Shown one piece after another: positions 25,389-32,000 of a stretch of 32,000 nt of DNA (position 1 is its first letter; each line of letters begins with the position of its first letter). The notes under the pieces were generated by a model. It ran no database searches and was not told the origin of the DNA. It saw only the letters and a list, made by a program, of their open reading frames with translations. The DNA comes from Schaalia meyeri (GTDB lineage Bacteria > Actinomycetota > Actinomycetes > Actinomycetales > Actinomycetaceae): assembly GCF_900105015.1 (NCBI RefSeq), contig NZ_FNLK01000010.1, positions 180,001 to 212,000 on the forward strand. The letters run 5' to 3'. Made by a program: the position numbers and the translations under genes.

Positions 25389-26900
25389 TTGGCACCGCTG
25401 AACGTTGCCGTCATCGGCGCTGGTCCCGCCGGTATTTACGCGTCGGATATTCTGTCAAAGTCGGGGCTCGAGGTCAATATCGACCTGTTTGAACGCCTCC
25501 CCGCCCCCTACGGTCTGGTGCGCTACGGTGTCGCGCCGGATCACCCGCGCATCAAGCAAATCATCGTCGCGTTGTACAAGATCCTGCAGCGCGGGGACAT
25601 CCGCCTGCTGGGCAACGTCGAGGTGGGCAGGGACGTGAGCATTGATGACCTGCGCGACCACTACGACGCGATCGTGATCGCGACGGGCGCGGATCGCGAT
25701 CATCCCCTCGACATTCCGGGCGTGGATCTGCCGGAGTCTTACGGCGCTGCGGACTTCGTTTCCTGGTACGACGGCAACCCGGACTACCCGCGTACGTGGC
25801 CGCTTGAGGCGCGCGAGGTCGCCGTCATCGGCGTGGGTAACGTGGCGCTGGACGTGTCGCGCGTGCTGGCCAAGCACGCGGAAGACATGCTCAAGACGGA
25901 GGTGGCGGCCAACGTCGCGCAGGCTTTGGCCGAGAACCCCGTGACGGACGTCCACGTGTTTGGGCGTCGCGGACCGGCGCAGGTGAAGTTCACGCCGCTG
26001 GAGCTGCGCGAACTGGGCAAGGTGCCGGACGTGGACGTGATCGTGTCGGAAGAGGACTTCGACTTCGACGAGGGCTCCGAGGAGGCGCTGCGCGCGTCGA
26101 ACCAGCAGCGCCAGGTGGTGAAGACGCTGACGAACTACGCGATGGTGGACGAGAAAGAGCGCACCGCGTCGCGTCGCATCCACATTCATCTCTTCCAGTC
26201 CCCGGTCGAGATCGTCGCTGATGAGCGCGGGCACGTCAAGGCGCTGCGCACCGAGCGCACCGCCTTAAACGGCGACGGCAGCGTGTCGGGCACGGGGGTC
26301 ATCACGACGTGGCCGGTGCAGGCGGTCTACCGCGCGGTGGGCTACTATTCCTCGCCGATCCCGGGCCTGCCCTTCGACGAGAGCGCCGGCGTGGTGCCCA
26401 ACGTCGAGGGCCGCGTCATCTGTGCGGAGCAGACGAAGGACGAGTCCGCCGAGGTCATTCCCGGCGTGTATGCGACGGGGTGGATCAAGCGCGGTCCGGT
26501 CGGCCTGATCGGTTCGACCAAGTCGGACGCGCAGCAGACGATCGCACACCTGGTGGAGGACGCCTCGGCGGGGTGCCTGCACGCCAAGACCGAGGCCGTG
26601 GGCCACGAGGCCATGGTCGCCCTGCTGGAGGAGCGGGGCGTGGAGTTCACGACCTGGGAGGGGTGGGAGCTCCTGGATGCCTACGAGCAGGCCCTGGGTG
26701 AAAGCTATGGTGAGCTGCCCGGTGGTCGCGGGACGCGCGAGCGCATCAAGGTGGTGTCGCGCCGGGTCATGACGGACATTTCGCGCGGCGCCGAGGTGGA
26801 TTCAGCGACCGTCGATCACATCGGGGAGATGGGCGAGATGGGCGTTCCCGCGGCCCCCGAGCGCTTCGACGACTACACGGGTCCGGGGCGCCGCTCCTAG
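25389..26900 (+). CDS. FprA-like NADPH:ferredoxin (adrenodoxin-type) reductase
   Basis: Carries the FAD motif VAVIGAGPAGIYASDIL, YGLVRYGVAPDHP, the second dinucleotide motif VAVIGVGNVALDVSRVL, and GWIKRGPVGLIGSTKSDA. The preferred start is TTG 25389, 6 nt after AAGGAGA (25376-25382). The ORF-track GTG 25341 is also possible. Confidence 0.8.
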   Translation: MAPLNVAVIGAGPAGIYASDILSKSGLEVNIDLFERLPAPYGLVRYGVAPDHPRIKQIIVALYKILQRGDIRLLGNVEVGRDVSIDDLRDHYDAIVIATGADRDHPLDIPGVDLPESYGAADFVSWYDGNPDYPRTWPLEAREVAVIGVGNVALDVSRVLAKHAEDMLKTEVAANVAQALAENPVTDVHVFGRRGPAQVKFTPLELRELGKVPDVDVIVSEEDFDFDEGSEEALRASNQQRQVVKTLTNYAMVDEKERTASRRIHIHLFQSPVEIVADERGHVKALRTERTALNGDGSVSGTGVITTWPVQAVYRAVGYYSSPIPGLPFDESAGVVPNVEGRVICAEQTKDESAEVIPGVYATGWIKRGPVGLIGSTKSDAQQTIAHLVEDASAGCLHAKTEAVGHEAMVALLEERGVEFTTWEGWELLDAYEQALGESYGELPGGRGTRERIKVVSRRVMTDISRGAEVDSATVDHIGEMGEMGVPAAPERFDDYTGPGRRS

Positions 26901-26914
26901 GCGAGTGATTTCCC

Positions 26915-26945
26915 GGGCGAGGCGGTGGGCTCCACCGCCTCGCCC
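26915..26945 (+). terminator. Terminator hairpin after the reductase gene
   Basis: GGGCGAGGCGGTGG (26915-26928) pairs with CCACCGCCTCGCCC (26932-26945), a near-perfect 13-14-bp GC stem, 15 nt after the stop codon. Confidence 0.55.
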
Positions 26946-27025
26946 GCTGGTATCGGTTTCCCCTGCGGCCCCGGATTCACACAGGGTTTCCGGGCCCCTT
27001 TCAGTGATCTTTTAGGTAGCCTTCG

Positions 27026-27031
27026 TAAAAT
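27026..27031 (+). promoter_or_regulatory. -10 hexamer TAAAAT positioned for a leaderless htpX transcript
   Basis: TAAAAT ends 7 nt before ATG 27039. No SD sequence precedes that ATG. Leaderless mRNAs with this geometry are common in actinobacteria. Confidence 0.35.
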
Positions 27032-27038
27032 CCCGTGC

Positions 27039-27914
27039 ATGGTGCACAGGAACTACCACAATGGCCTCAAGACGACGCTCTTGCTGGGAGGAATGTGGGC
27101 GTTGCTGCTGGGCCTGGGGGCACTGGTCGCCTCGGGTACGGGTCGCGCCGTGTGGATTTTAGTGTTTGCCGGTATCGGGCTGGCTCAGACCGCCTATTCC
27201 TACTGGAACTCGGCGGCCATCGCGCTGCGGTCTATGGGCGCCTATCAGGTGAGCGAATCGGAGCAGCCGGAGCTCTATCGGATCGTTCGCGAGCTGTCGG
27301 AACGGGCGGGGGAACCGATGCCGTCGATCTGGGTGGCGCCCTCGCCGACGCCGAATGCCTTTGCGACTGGGCGCAATCCGAATAACGCGGCGGTGTGCTG
27401 CACGGAGGGAATCCTGGCGATCCTGTGCGAAAGGGAGCTGCGGGGGGTCCTGGGCCACGAGCTGATGCACATCTACAACCGGGACATCCTGACGACCTCG
27501 GTGGCCGCGGCGATGGGTGGCGTCGTCATCGCTATCGCCCAGTTCCTGCTGTTCTTCGGCGGGGGCGTACGCCGCGAGGGCGGGGGAGTGGGCTTCCTGG
27601 GGCTGCTCGCGTTGAGCCTTTTGGCTCCCATCGCCTCGACCCTGATCCGGTTCTCGCTGTCGCGCACGCGCGAGTTCGATGCTGACGAGGACGGGGCGAT
27701 GCTCACGCAGGATCCCCTGGCGCTGGCCTCGGCGCTGCGCAAGCTGGAAACGGCGACGGATCGCCGGCCGATGGAGGATACGCCGCGCACGAGACACGTC
27801 GCCGCGATGATGATCGCCAACCCCTTCCGGGGGTCATCGCTCAGGCGGGTGCTGTCGACGCATCCGCCGATGGAGGAACGCATCGCGCGTCTGGAGGAAA
27901 TCGCGGGCTACTGA
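27039..27914 (+). CDS. htpX: Zinc metalloprotease HtpX (M48 family)
   Basis: Internal ATG 27039 (MVHRNYHNGLKTTLLLGGMWALLLG...). HEXXH is present as GHELMHIYNRD, with 4 TM segments and a C-terminal STHPPMEERIARL. The upstream ORF-track extension (26925) overlaps the terminator hairpin. Confidence 0.88.
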   Translation: MVHRNYHNGLKTTLLLGGMWALLLGLGALVASGTGRAVWILVFAGIGLAQTAYSYWNSAAIALRSMGAYQVSESEQPELYRIVRELSERAGEPMPSIWVAPSPTPNAFATGRNPNNAAVCCTEGILAILCERELRGVLGHELMHIYNRDILTTSVAAAMGGVVIAIAQFLLFFGGGVRREGGGVGFLGLLALSLLAPIASTLIRFSLSRTREFDADEDGAMLTQDPLALASALRKLETATDRRPMEDTPRTRHVAAMMIANPFRGSSLRRVLSTHPPMEERIARLEEIAGY

Positions 27915-28111
27915 CGCGTCTTCGTCTGCCCGGCTTCCTCGTCGTGCTGGTGCATTTCCTGGTTTCCGGTCGCCGCGGGGCCTGCCGCCCGCGAGCCTGC
28001 TCAACCGAGCTGCGCCCGGTGCGTCGTCTCGAAGCCCGGCCAGGCCCCGCAGACCCCGCGGCGGCCTCCCATCAGGACTTTGCGCGCGCCCGCCCTCATT
28101 GATGCCCGGGA

Positions 28112-28615
28112 TCAGCGGTAGTTGACGAACTGGAGGGCGACGTCCAGCTCCTCGCCCCTGGGGCCCTTAAGCAGGGCGATGACGGCCTGCAGGTCGTCGC
28201 GCGACTTGGAGGAGACGCGCAACTCATCGCCCTGGATCTGAGCCTTGACCCCCTTGGGCCCCTCCTCGCGGATGAGCTTGGCGATCTTTTTGGCTGTCTC
28301 CTGCGGTATTCCCTCCTTGAGGGGGCAGACGAGCTTGTAGAGCTTGCCCGATGCTTTGGGCTCGCGGTCCTTATAATCCAAGACCTTCAGGGAAAGCCCG
28401 CGGCGGATGAGCTTGGACTGGAGCACGTCCAGGATCGCAAGCACACGGGACGCCGAGTTCGCCTCCATAGCGATCGTGTCCCCGCTGAGGACGATGGCGG
28501 CGTCGACGCCGCGGAAGTCGTAGCGGTTGGCGATCTCCTTGGCGGTTTGGTTAACGGCGTTATCGACCTCTTGGCGGTCGAGCTTGGAGACGACATCGAA
28601 GGAAGAATCGGCCAT
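28112..28615 (-). CDS. yajQ: YajQ-family (UPF0234) nucleotide / cyclic-di-GMP-binding protein
   Basis: Internal ATG 28615 ([36 protein letters not shown]...LQFVNYR), the characteristic YajQ N- and C-termini, ~167 aa. Confidence 0.85.
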   Translation of the reverse strand: MADSSFDVVSKLDRQEVDNAVNQTAKEIANRYDFRGVDAAIVLSGDTIAMEANSASRVLAILDVLQSKLIRRGLSLKVLDYKDREPKASGKLYKLVCPLKEGIPQETAKKIAKLIREEGPKGVKAQIQGDELRVSSKSRDDLQAVIALLKGPRGEELDVALQFVNYR

Positions 28616-28715
28616 GAGAAGGCACCTTTCATTGACATTTCGCCCATCGTTGTTCCGATTGGCGCTCGGCGTCATTTTAGTGCTATTCTTTCACGGCACC
28701 GCGAGAGCGGCGCGC

Positions 28716-28797
28716 GGCAGGTTACCAAAGCGGCCAAATGGATCTGACTGTAAATCAGACGCTTCGTGCTTCGGGGGTTCGAATCCCTCACCTGCCA
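28716..28797 (+). tRNA. tRNA-Tyr (anticodon GTA), class II with a long variable arm
   Basis: Hand-folded cloverleaf: acceptor GGCAGGT/ACCTGCC, anticodon stem TCTGA/TCAGA with loop CTGTAAA, and T-arm GGGGG-TTCGAAT-CCCTC. The discriminator is A. CCA is not encoded. Confidence 0.9.
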
Positions 28798-28892
28798 CAG
28801 GCTCGCTGGTTTCAGCGAGTAACGTCTGTGATGTCATTCTCAGGCTTCGGGATTGCTTCGGTGCTCGGAGTTGGGATAGGCTTTCCGGCGTT

Positions 28893-28965
28893 GCCCCGAT
28901 AGCTCAGTAGGCAGAGCGTCTCCATGGTAAGGAGAAGGTCAAGGGTTCGATTCCCTTTCGGGGCT
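28893..28965 (+). tRNA. tRNA-Thr (anticodon GGT)
   Basis: Acceptor GCCCCGA/TCGGGGC, D-stem GCTC/GAGC, anticodon stem TCTCC/GGAGA with loop ATGGTAA, and T-arm AAGGG-TTCGATT-CCCTT. Confidence 0.9.
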
Positions 28966-28992
28966 CCGGTTGCGGATTCATCCGCTTCCGGC

Positions 28993-29066
28993 GGCGGGGT
29001 AGCTCAGCTGGTCAGAGCGCACGACTCATAATCGTGAGGTCGCGGGTTCGAGCCCCGCCCCCGCTA
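28993..29066 (+). tRNA. tRNA-Met (anticodon CAT), elongator type (a lysidine-modified tRNA-Ile2 cannot be excluded)
   Basis: Acceptor GGCGGGG/CCCCGCT, D-stem GCTC/GAGC, anticodon stem CACGA/TCGTG with loop CTCATAA, and T-arm GCGGG-TTCGAGC-CCCGC. It lacks the three G-C pairs in the anticodon stem expected of an initiator. Confidence 0.85.
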
Positions 29067-29122
29067 CCGAATCTTTAATCGGACAGGTCGCACGGCGACG
29101 AAACTAAGCGAGGGAAACAACC

Positions 29123-29293
29123 GTGGCAAGCAAGTCTCAGGACGTTCGCCCCAAGATCACTCTGGCCTGCTCGGAGTGCAAGGAGCGCAACTACATCACC
29201 AAGAAGAACCGTCGTAACACGCCGGATCGTCTCGAGCTGGCAAAGTACTGCCCGCGCTGCCGCAAGTCGACGGCGCACCGCGAGACTCGCTGA
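29123..29293 (+). CDS. rpmG: 50S ribosomal protein L33 (zinc-ribbon C+ form)
   Basis: GTG 29123 follows GCGAGGGA. The 56-aa product is [56 protein letters not shown], the L33 signature with CxxC...CxxC. It is below the ORF-track size cutoff. The tRNA-Thr/tRNA-Met/rpmG order is a common actinobacterial arrangement. Confidence 0.93.
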   Translation: MASKSQDVRPKITLACSECKERNYITKKNRRNTPDRLELAKYCPRCRKSTAHRETR

Positions 29294-29312
29294 CGGCTTT
29301 TCGCCTGTAAGG

Positions 29313-29338
29313 CCCCGAGGAACCTGGGTTCCCCGGGG
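29313..29338 (+). terminator. Hairpin after rpmG
   Basis: CCCCGAGGAACC (29313-29324) pairs with GGTTCCCCGGGG (29327-29338) with one mismatch, followed by TGCTTTGTATGT. Confidence 0.4.
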
Positions 29339-29384
29339 TGCTTTGTATGTGCGCCGTGCCACTGTGGCTTATCCTGGTCGGGTG

Positions 29385-30407
29385 ATGGCGCGTGTTGAAC
29401 CGGAACAGATCATTGCTCCGCTGGGTGCGGGGGAGGCGCGCATTCCCGCGCTCGTTGCACTGGGGGATGGAAGGACGGTCCTGTTCTACGACGAACGGCC
29501 GGCCCCGGCCTGCGGTGCGGGATCCGATTTTAACGGGCTGACCATGGCCTCGGACCTGCCGAATCCGAACCGGATCCGGTGGGTGGAACGGCAGGCGGCG
29601 GGCCGTTGGTCTGCTCCCCGCCCGCTGCCTGCGGGGTGCCCTCCGGTATCGTCGGACGCCTGCGTGGGCGTCGATGGGGGCGGGTGGATGCACCTGGCCT
29701 TCGCGTCAACGCGGGGGTGCGTCGGCTATATGGATTCGCGCGCAGCCGGCGAGCGCCTGCGCGCCTGGTGGGCGTGGGGGAGCATCCCCGAGGAACTGAC
29801 CTACGAGGACGTCACGGACCGGCTGTATGAGGAGACGGGCGCGGATGGGCTCTTCGCCGCCTCGGGAGGAACCGTCAGCTTCGGCGGCGCCGTGGCGCTG
29901 CCCTACGTCGTGCGGACGGGGGACCTGACCCGCGTGTGCGTCGTGTTCGCGCGCGGCGGTGAGCTGGCGTGGGTGTCGGAGCCCCTGGAGGGGCCGCAGG
30001 GGGTCTTGCTGGACGAGACGACGGTGAGCGTGTGGGATGGGCGCCTCGTGGCAAATTGCCGGATTCAGGGCTTCGAGGGGCGCGGGGCGGGTGCGCGCTA
30101 CCTCGCGTGGGGCGACGGGCGCCGCTGGGATGGTGGGCGCATGTGGGAGCTGGAGGACCCGGGGTGTAACGCGCGCCACATCGTAGACCTGTTTGTGCAC
30201 CCGCATTCGCGTGGTGCGCGCGCGGGTGGAGCCGTCCTGCGGCTGACGCCCCCGTGGGAGGGCGAGGTGCGTGCCCGCCCGGTCGCCTCCCTCGGCGAAG
30301 GCGGGTTCGGTTACAGCGACGTCGCCGTGGGGGTGGGCCAGGCCGTGGTGGTGTTCGAGCGGGACCGTGGCCTGTGGGAGGCGGCGGTCCCGCTTCCCGG
30401 CGCGTGA
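29385..30407 (+). CDS. Sialidase-like (GH33 / BNR beta-propeller superfamily) protein, no signal peptide
   Basis: A RIP motif sits near the N-terminus (GEARIPALVALGDGRTVLFYDER, compare the sialidase F/Y-RIP motif). Degenerate Asp-box-like segments are AAGRWSAPRPL and WGDGRRWDGG. A C-terminal GFGYSDVAV resembles the nucleophile-Tyr strand. The start is ATG 29385, GTG 29382 or ATG 29343. The assignment rests on motifs only. Confidence 0.5.
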   Translation: MARVEPEQIIAPLGAGEARIPALVALGDGRTVLFYDERPAPACGAGSDFNGLTMASDLPNPNRIRWVERQAAGRWSAPRPLPAGCPPVSSDACVGVDGGGWMHLAFASTRGCVGYMDSRAAGERLRAWWAWGSIPEELTYEDVTDRLYEETGADGLFAASGGTVSFGGAVALPYVVRTGDLTRVCVVFARGGELAWVSEPLEGPQGVLLDETTVSVWDGRLVANCRIQGFEGRGAGARYLAWGDGRRWDGGRMWELEDPGCNARHIVDLFVHPHSRGARAGGAVLRLTPPWEGEVRARPVASLGEGGFGYSDVAVGVGQAVVVFERDRGLWEAAVPLPGA

Positions 30408-30425
30408 GCGTTTCTCCCCGAGCCC

Positions 30426-31190
30426 TCAGCGTCCCTCGATGATGGCCAGCAGGGGCGCGTAGTGCGCGTCAACGGCGGCGGCGTAGGCTGCCGGATCTCC
30501 TGCTTCGCAGGCGCGCAGGATCGCGGCGTGGGCGTCGGCGGCGTCCTCCATCTCCTGGCGCGACGCCGCGGCCAGCTGGGGGGTGACGCTCTGGTGGACC
30601 AGCCACATGGCGGCCACCAGCTGGTGCATGAGGGCGTTGTCCAGGTATGCGAGCAGCCCGGAGTGGAAGGCGATGTCCTGGTCCAGGTAGGTGGCGCCCT
30701 CCCGTGCGCGCGTGGCCATCGCGTCCACGAGTTCCCACAGTCGCGGGTTTGTGGTTCCCGTCATAGCGCGCGTGAGCGGCAGCGCGATCCCCAGGTCGAG
30801 GGCGTGCCGGGTCTCGACGATCGAATGCAGGGATTCGACCCCGTTGATTTCGTCCAGGGCGGCGCGCAACACCAGGGTCTCAACCAGTGGCTGCATGGAC
30901 ATGTCGCCCACGTAGGAGCCCGAGCCCTGGCGGACGGTCACGATGTCGAGCGCCTGGAGGCGACGCAGCGCCTCGCGCACGGAGGAACGAGACACGCCCA
31001 GGTCGGCGCACAGCGCCGATTCGGTCGGGAGACGGTCGCCGGATCGCAGTCCGTGGCGCAGGATGTAGGACTTGATCGCGTCCATCGTTACCGAGGATCG
31101 CGTGTCGATTGGTGCTGGTCCTGTGCGATTCTGTTCGGATGTGTGAGGCAATTGCGTCGTTATCGCTTGCACAGATTTGTCTGACAACAT
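30426..31190 (-). CDS. GntR-family transcriptional regulator, FadR subfamily (FCD C-terminal domain)
   Basis: The winged HTH reads IKSYILRHGLRSGDRLPTESALCADLGVSRSSVREALRRLQALDIVTVRQGSGSYV. The helical FCD-like C-terminus contains DIAFHSGLL and HAAILRACEAGD. ORF-track start 31364 would overlap the divergent SBP gene. ATG 31190 or ATG 31085 are more plausible, and 31085 is favoured if the palindrome at 31177-31187 is the operator. Confidence 0.8.
   Translation of the reverse strand: MLSDKSVQAITTQLPHTSEQNRTGPAPIDTRSSVTMDAIKSYILRHGLRSGDRLPTESALCADLGVSRSSVREALRRLQALDIVTVRQGSGSYVGDMSMQPLVETLVLRAALDEINGVESLHSIVETRHALDLGIALPLTRAMTGTTNPRLWELVDAMATRAREGATYLDQDIAFHSGLLAYLDNALMHQLVAAMWLVHQSVTPQLAAASRQEMEDAADAHAAILRACEAGDPAAYAAAVDAHYAPLLAIIEGR
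31177..31187. promoter_or_regulatory. Candidate GntR/FadR-type operator palindrome TTGTC-T-GACAA
   Basis: A perfect 5+5 palindrome that fits the generic GntR-family core (GT-N-AC). It lies in the divergent region between the regulator and the SBP gene. Confidence 0.35.
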
Positions 31191-31257
31191 ACGATGAGTA
31201 TAGCGAGCGGAACAAAAGAACCGCACGTCCCAATTCTCGAAGATGAGGAGCGAGAAC

Positions 31258-32000
31258 ATGCGAATGCATAAACACTTCGCAACTGGCGCTGCGCTGACCG
31301 CAGCCGCCGCCATGATCCTGACCGCGTGCGGCGGATCGCCCACCTCGAACGGCTCCGGCGGCAACGCTTCCGGCGGGCCGAAGGGGACCGTTACGGCCGG
31401 TGTCGCCTACGAGACCACCGACTATGGGCCGATCACCACCTCGGCTCTTGGCATGGGTGCGAACTGGCAGGTCCTCGAGGGCCTGTACCGCTTCAACATG
31501 GCCGACTATTCCGTCAGCCCCGCGCTGGCCGGCGGTGACCCCGTGAAGGTCTCCGACACCGAGTACGAGGTCACCTTGCGCGACGGCGCGAAGTTCTCCG
31601 ACGGCTCCAATGTGACCGCCGCTGACGTCGTTAGCTCCTACGAGCGCGCCACGTCCGAGAAGTCCATCTACCGTCAGTTCTTCACCTTCGTTGACTCCGT
31701 GAGCGCGAAGGACGACAAGACGGTCTCTATCAAGCTGAAGCACCCCTTCGCCAATCTGAAGGAGCGTTTCGTCAACGTTCGCGTGGTTCCCTCCTCCATG
31801 GACGAGGACGCCCTGAAGGCAAAGCCGATCGGCTCGGGCCCGTACAAGTACGACACGATCACGGCCACCGAGATCACCGCCGTTCCCAACGAGAACTACA
31901 CGGGTAACGAGCCCGCGAAGGTCGCCACCCTGAAGTGGCAGGCCCTCAAGGATGACTCCGCCCGTCTGGCCGCCGCTATCGGCGGCACGGTTGACCTCAT
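31258..32000 (+). CDS. ABC transporter solute-binding lipoprotein, family 5 (peptide/oligosaccharide/nickel type); 3' end outside the window
   Basis: ATG 31258 lies 7 nt after GAGGAG. The lipobox signal is MRMHKHFATGAALTAAAAMILTAC/GG. The SBP_bac_5-like region reads EVTLRDGAKFSDGSNVTAADVVSSYER...DKTVSIKLKHPFANL...GSGPYKY. The frame stays open to the window end, so the gene is missing from the ORF track. Confidence 0.8.
   Translation, partial: MRMHKHFATGAALTAAAAMILTACGGSPTSNGSGGNASGGPKGTVTAGVAYETTDYGPITTSALGMGANWQVLEGLYRFNMADYSVSPALAGGDPVKVSDTEYEVTLRDGAKFSDGSNVTAADVVSSYERATSEKSIYRQFFTFVDSVSAKDDKTVSIKLKHPFANLKERFVNVRVVPSSMDEDALKAKPIGSGPYKYDTITATEITAVPNENYTGNEPAKVATLKWQALKDDSARLAAAIGGTVDL

Noticed and set aside
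27972-28061. Long-range complementarity CGCCGCGGGG / CCCCGCGGCG in the htpX-yajQ convergent spacer as a structured RNA
   Set aside because: It is a single 10-bp GC-rich pairing about 70 nt apart in GC-rich DNA, with no supporting secondary structure or repeats.
28993-29066. tRNA-Met as the initiator tRNA-fMet
   Set aside because: The anticodon stem (CACGA/TCGTG) lacks the three consecutive G-C pairs expected of an initiator, and position 1 can pair with position 72 (G-U) rather than showing the C1-A72 mismatch.
29616-29626. A partial repeat of the tRNA-Met 3' end (CCCCGCCCGCT) as an attR site marking an integrated island
   Set aside because: The match is only about 11 nt, lies inside a GC-rich coding region, and is easily expected by chance. 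No integrase gene is present.
1-32000. Mobile elements (IS, transposase, integrase, prophage genes), toxin-antitoxin pairs, restriction-modification or other defence genes
   Set aside because: No ORF of credible composition showed DDE, tyrosine or serine recombinase, nuclease or methylase motifs. All substantial real ORFs are accounted for by the annotated genes.

Overview
This is a high-GC (roughly two-thirds G+C by eye) actinobacterial chromosome segment. The gene order is typical of Actinomycetales; the species cannot be determined from the sequence alone. The conserved backbone is a respiratory and menaquinone module. It runs menF, menG, a MenJ-like geranylgeranyl reductase, a complete 14-gene NADH:quinone oxidoreductase operon nuoA-N (8258-24208), and a polyprenyl diphosphate synthase joined to nuoN by a GTGA overlap. 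Most nuo gene junctions are stop/start overlaps. Downstream lie an FprA-like ferredoxin-NADP reductase, HtpX, YajQ, tRNA-Tyr/Thr/Met and rpmG (L33, too short for the ORF track). After those come a sialidase-like propeller protein with no signal peptide, a FadR-type GntR regulator, and a family-5 ABC solute-binding lipoprotein (3' partial).

Three things stand out:
1. A 1.15-kb non-coding gap (258-1406) carries a 174-bp inverted copy of an internal menF segment. With its partner inside menF, this copy brackets the 3' two-thirds of the gene.
2. The same gap holds four copies of a 17-bp core (two direct, two inverted) with exact 52-bp phasing.
3. A three-gene minus-strand operon (3463-6560) interrupts the menG/reductase/nuo synteny. 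It encodes a small acidic Ala-rich protein, a 477-aa protein with a helical N-terminus and Gly-rich C-terminus that resembles ESX/type VII substrates, and an overlapping mycosin-like S8 protease of clearly lower GC. No type VII core (ecc) genes are in the window.

No transposase, integrase, CRISPR array or rRNA was seen. All homology statements come from motif recognition by eye and need database confirmation.
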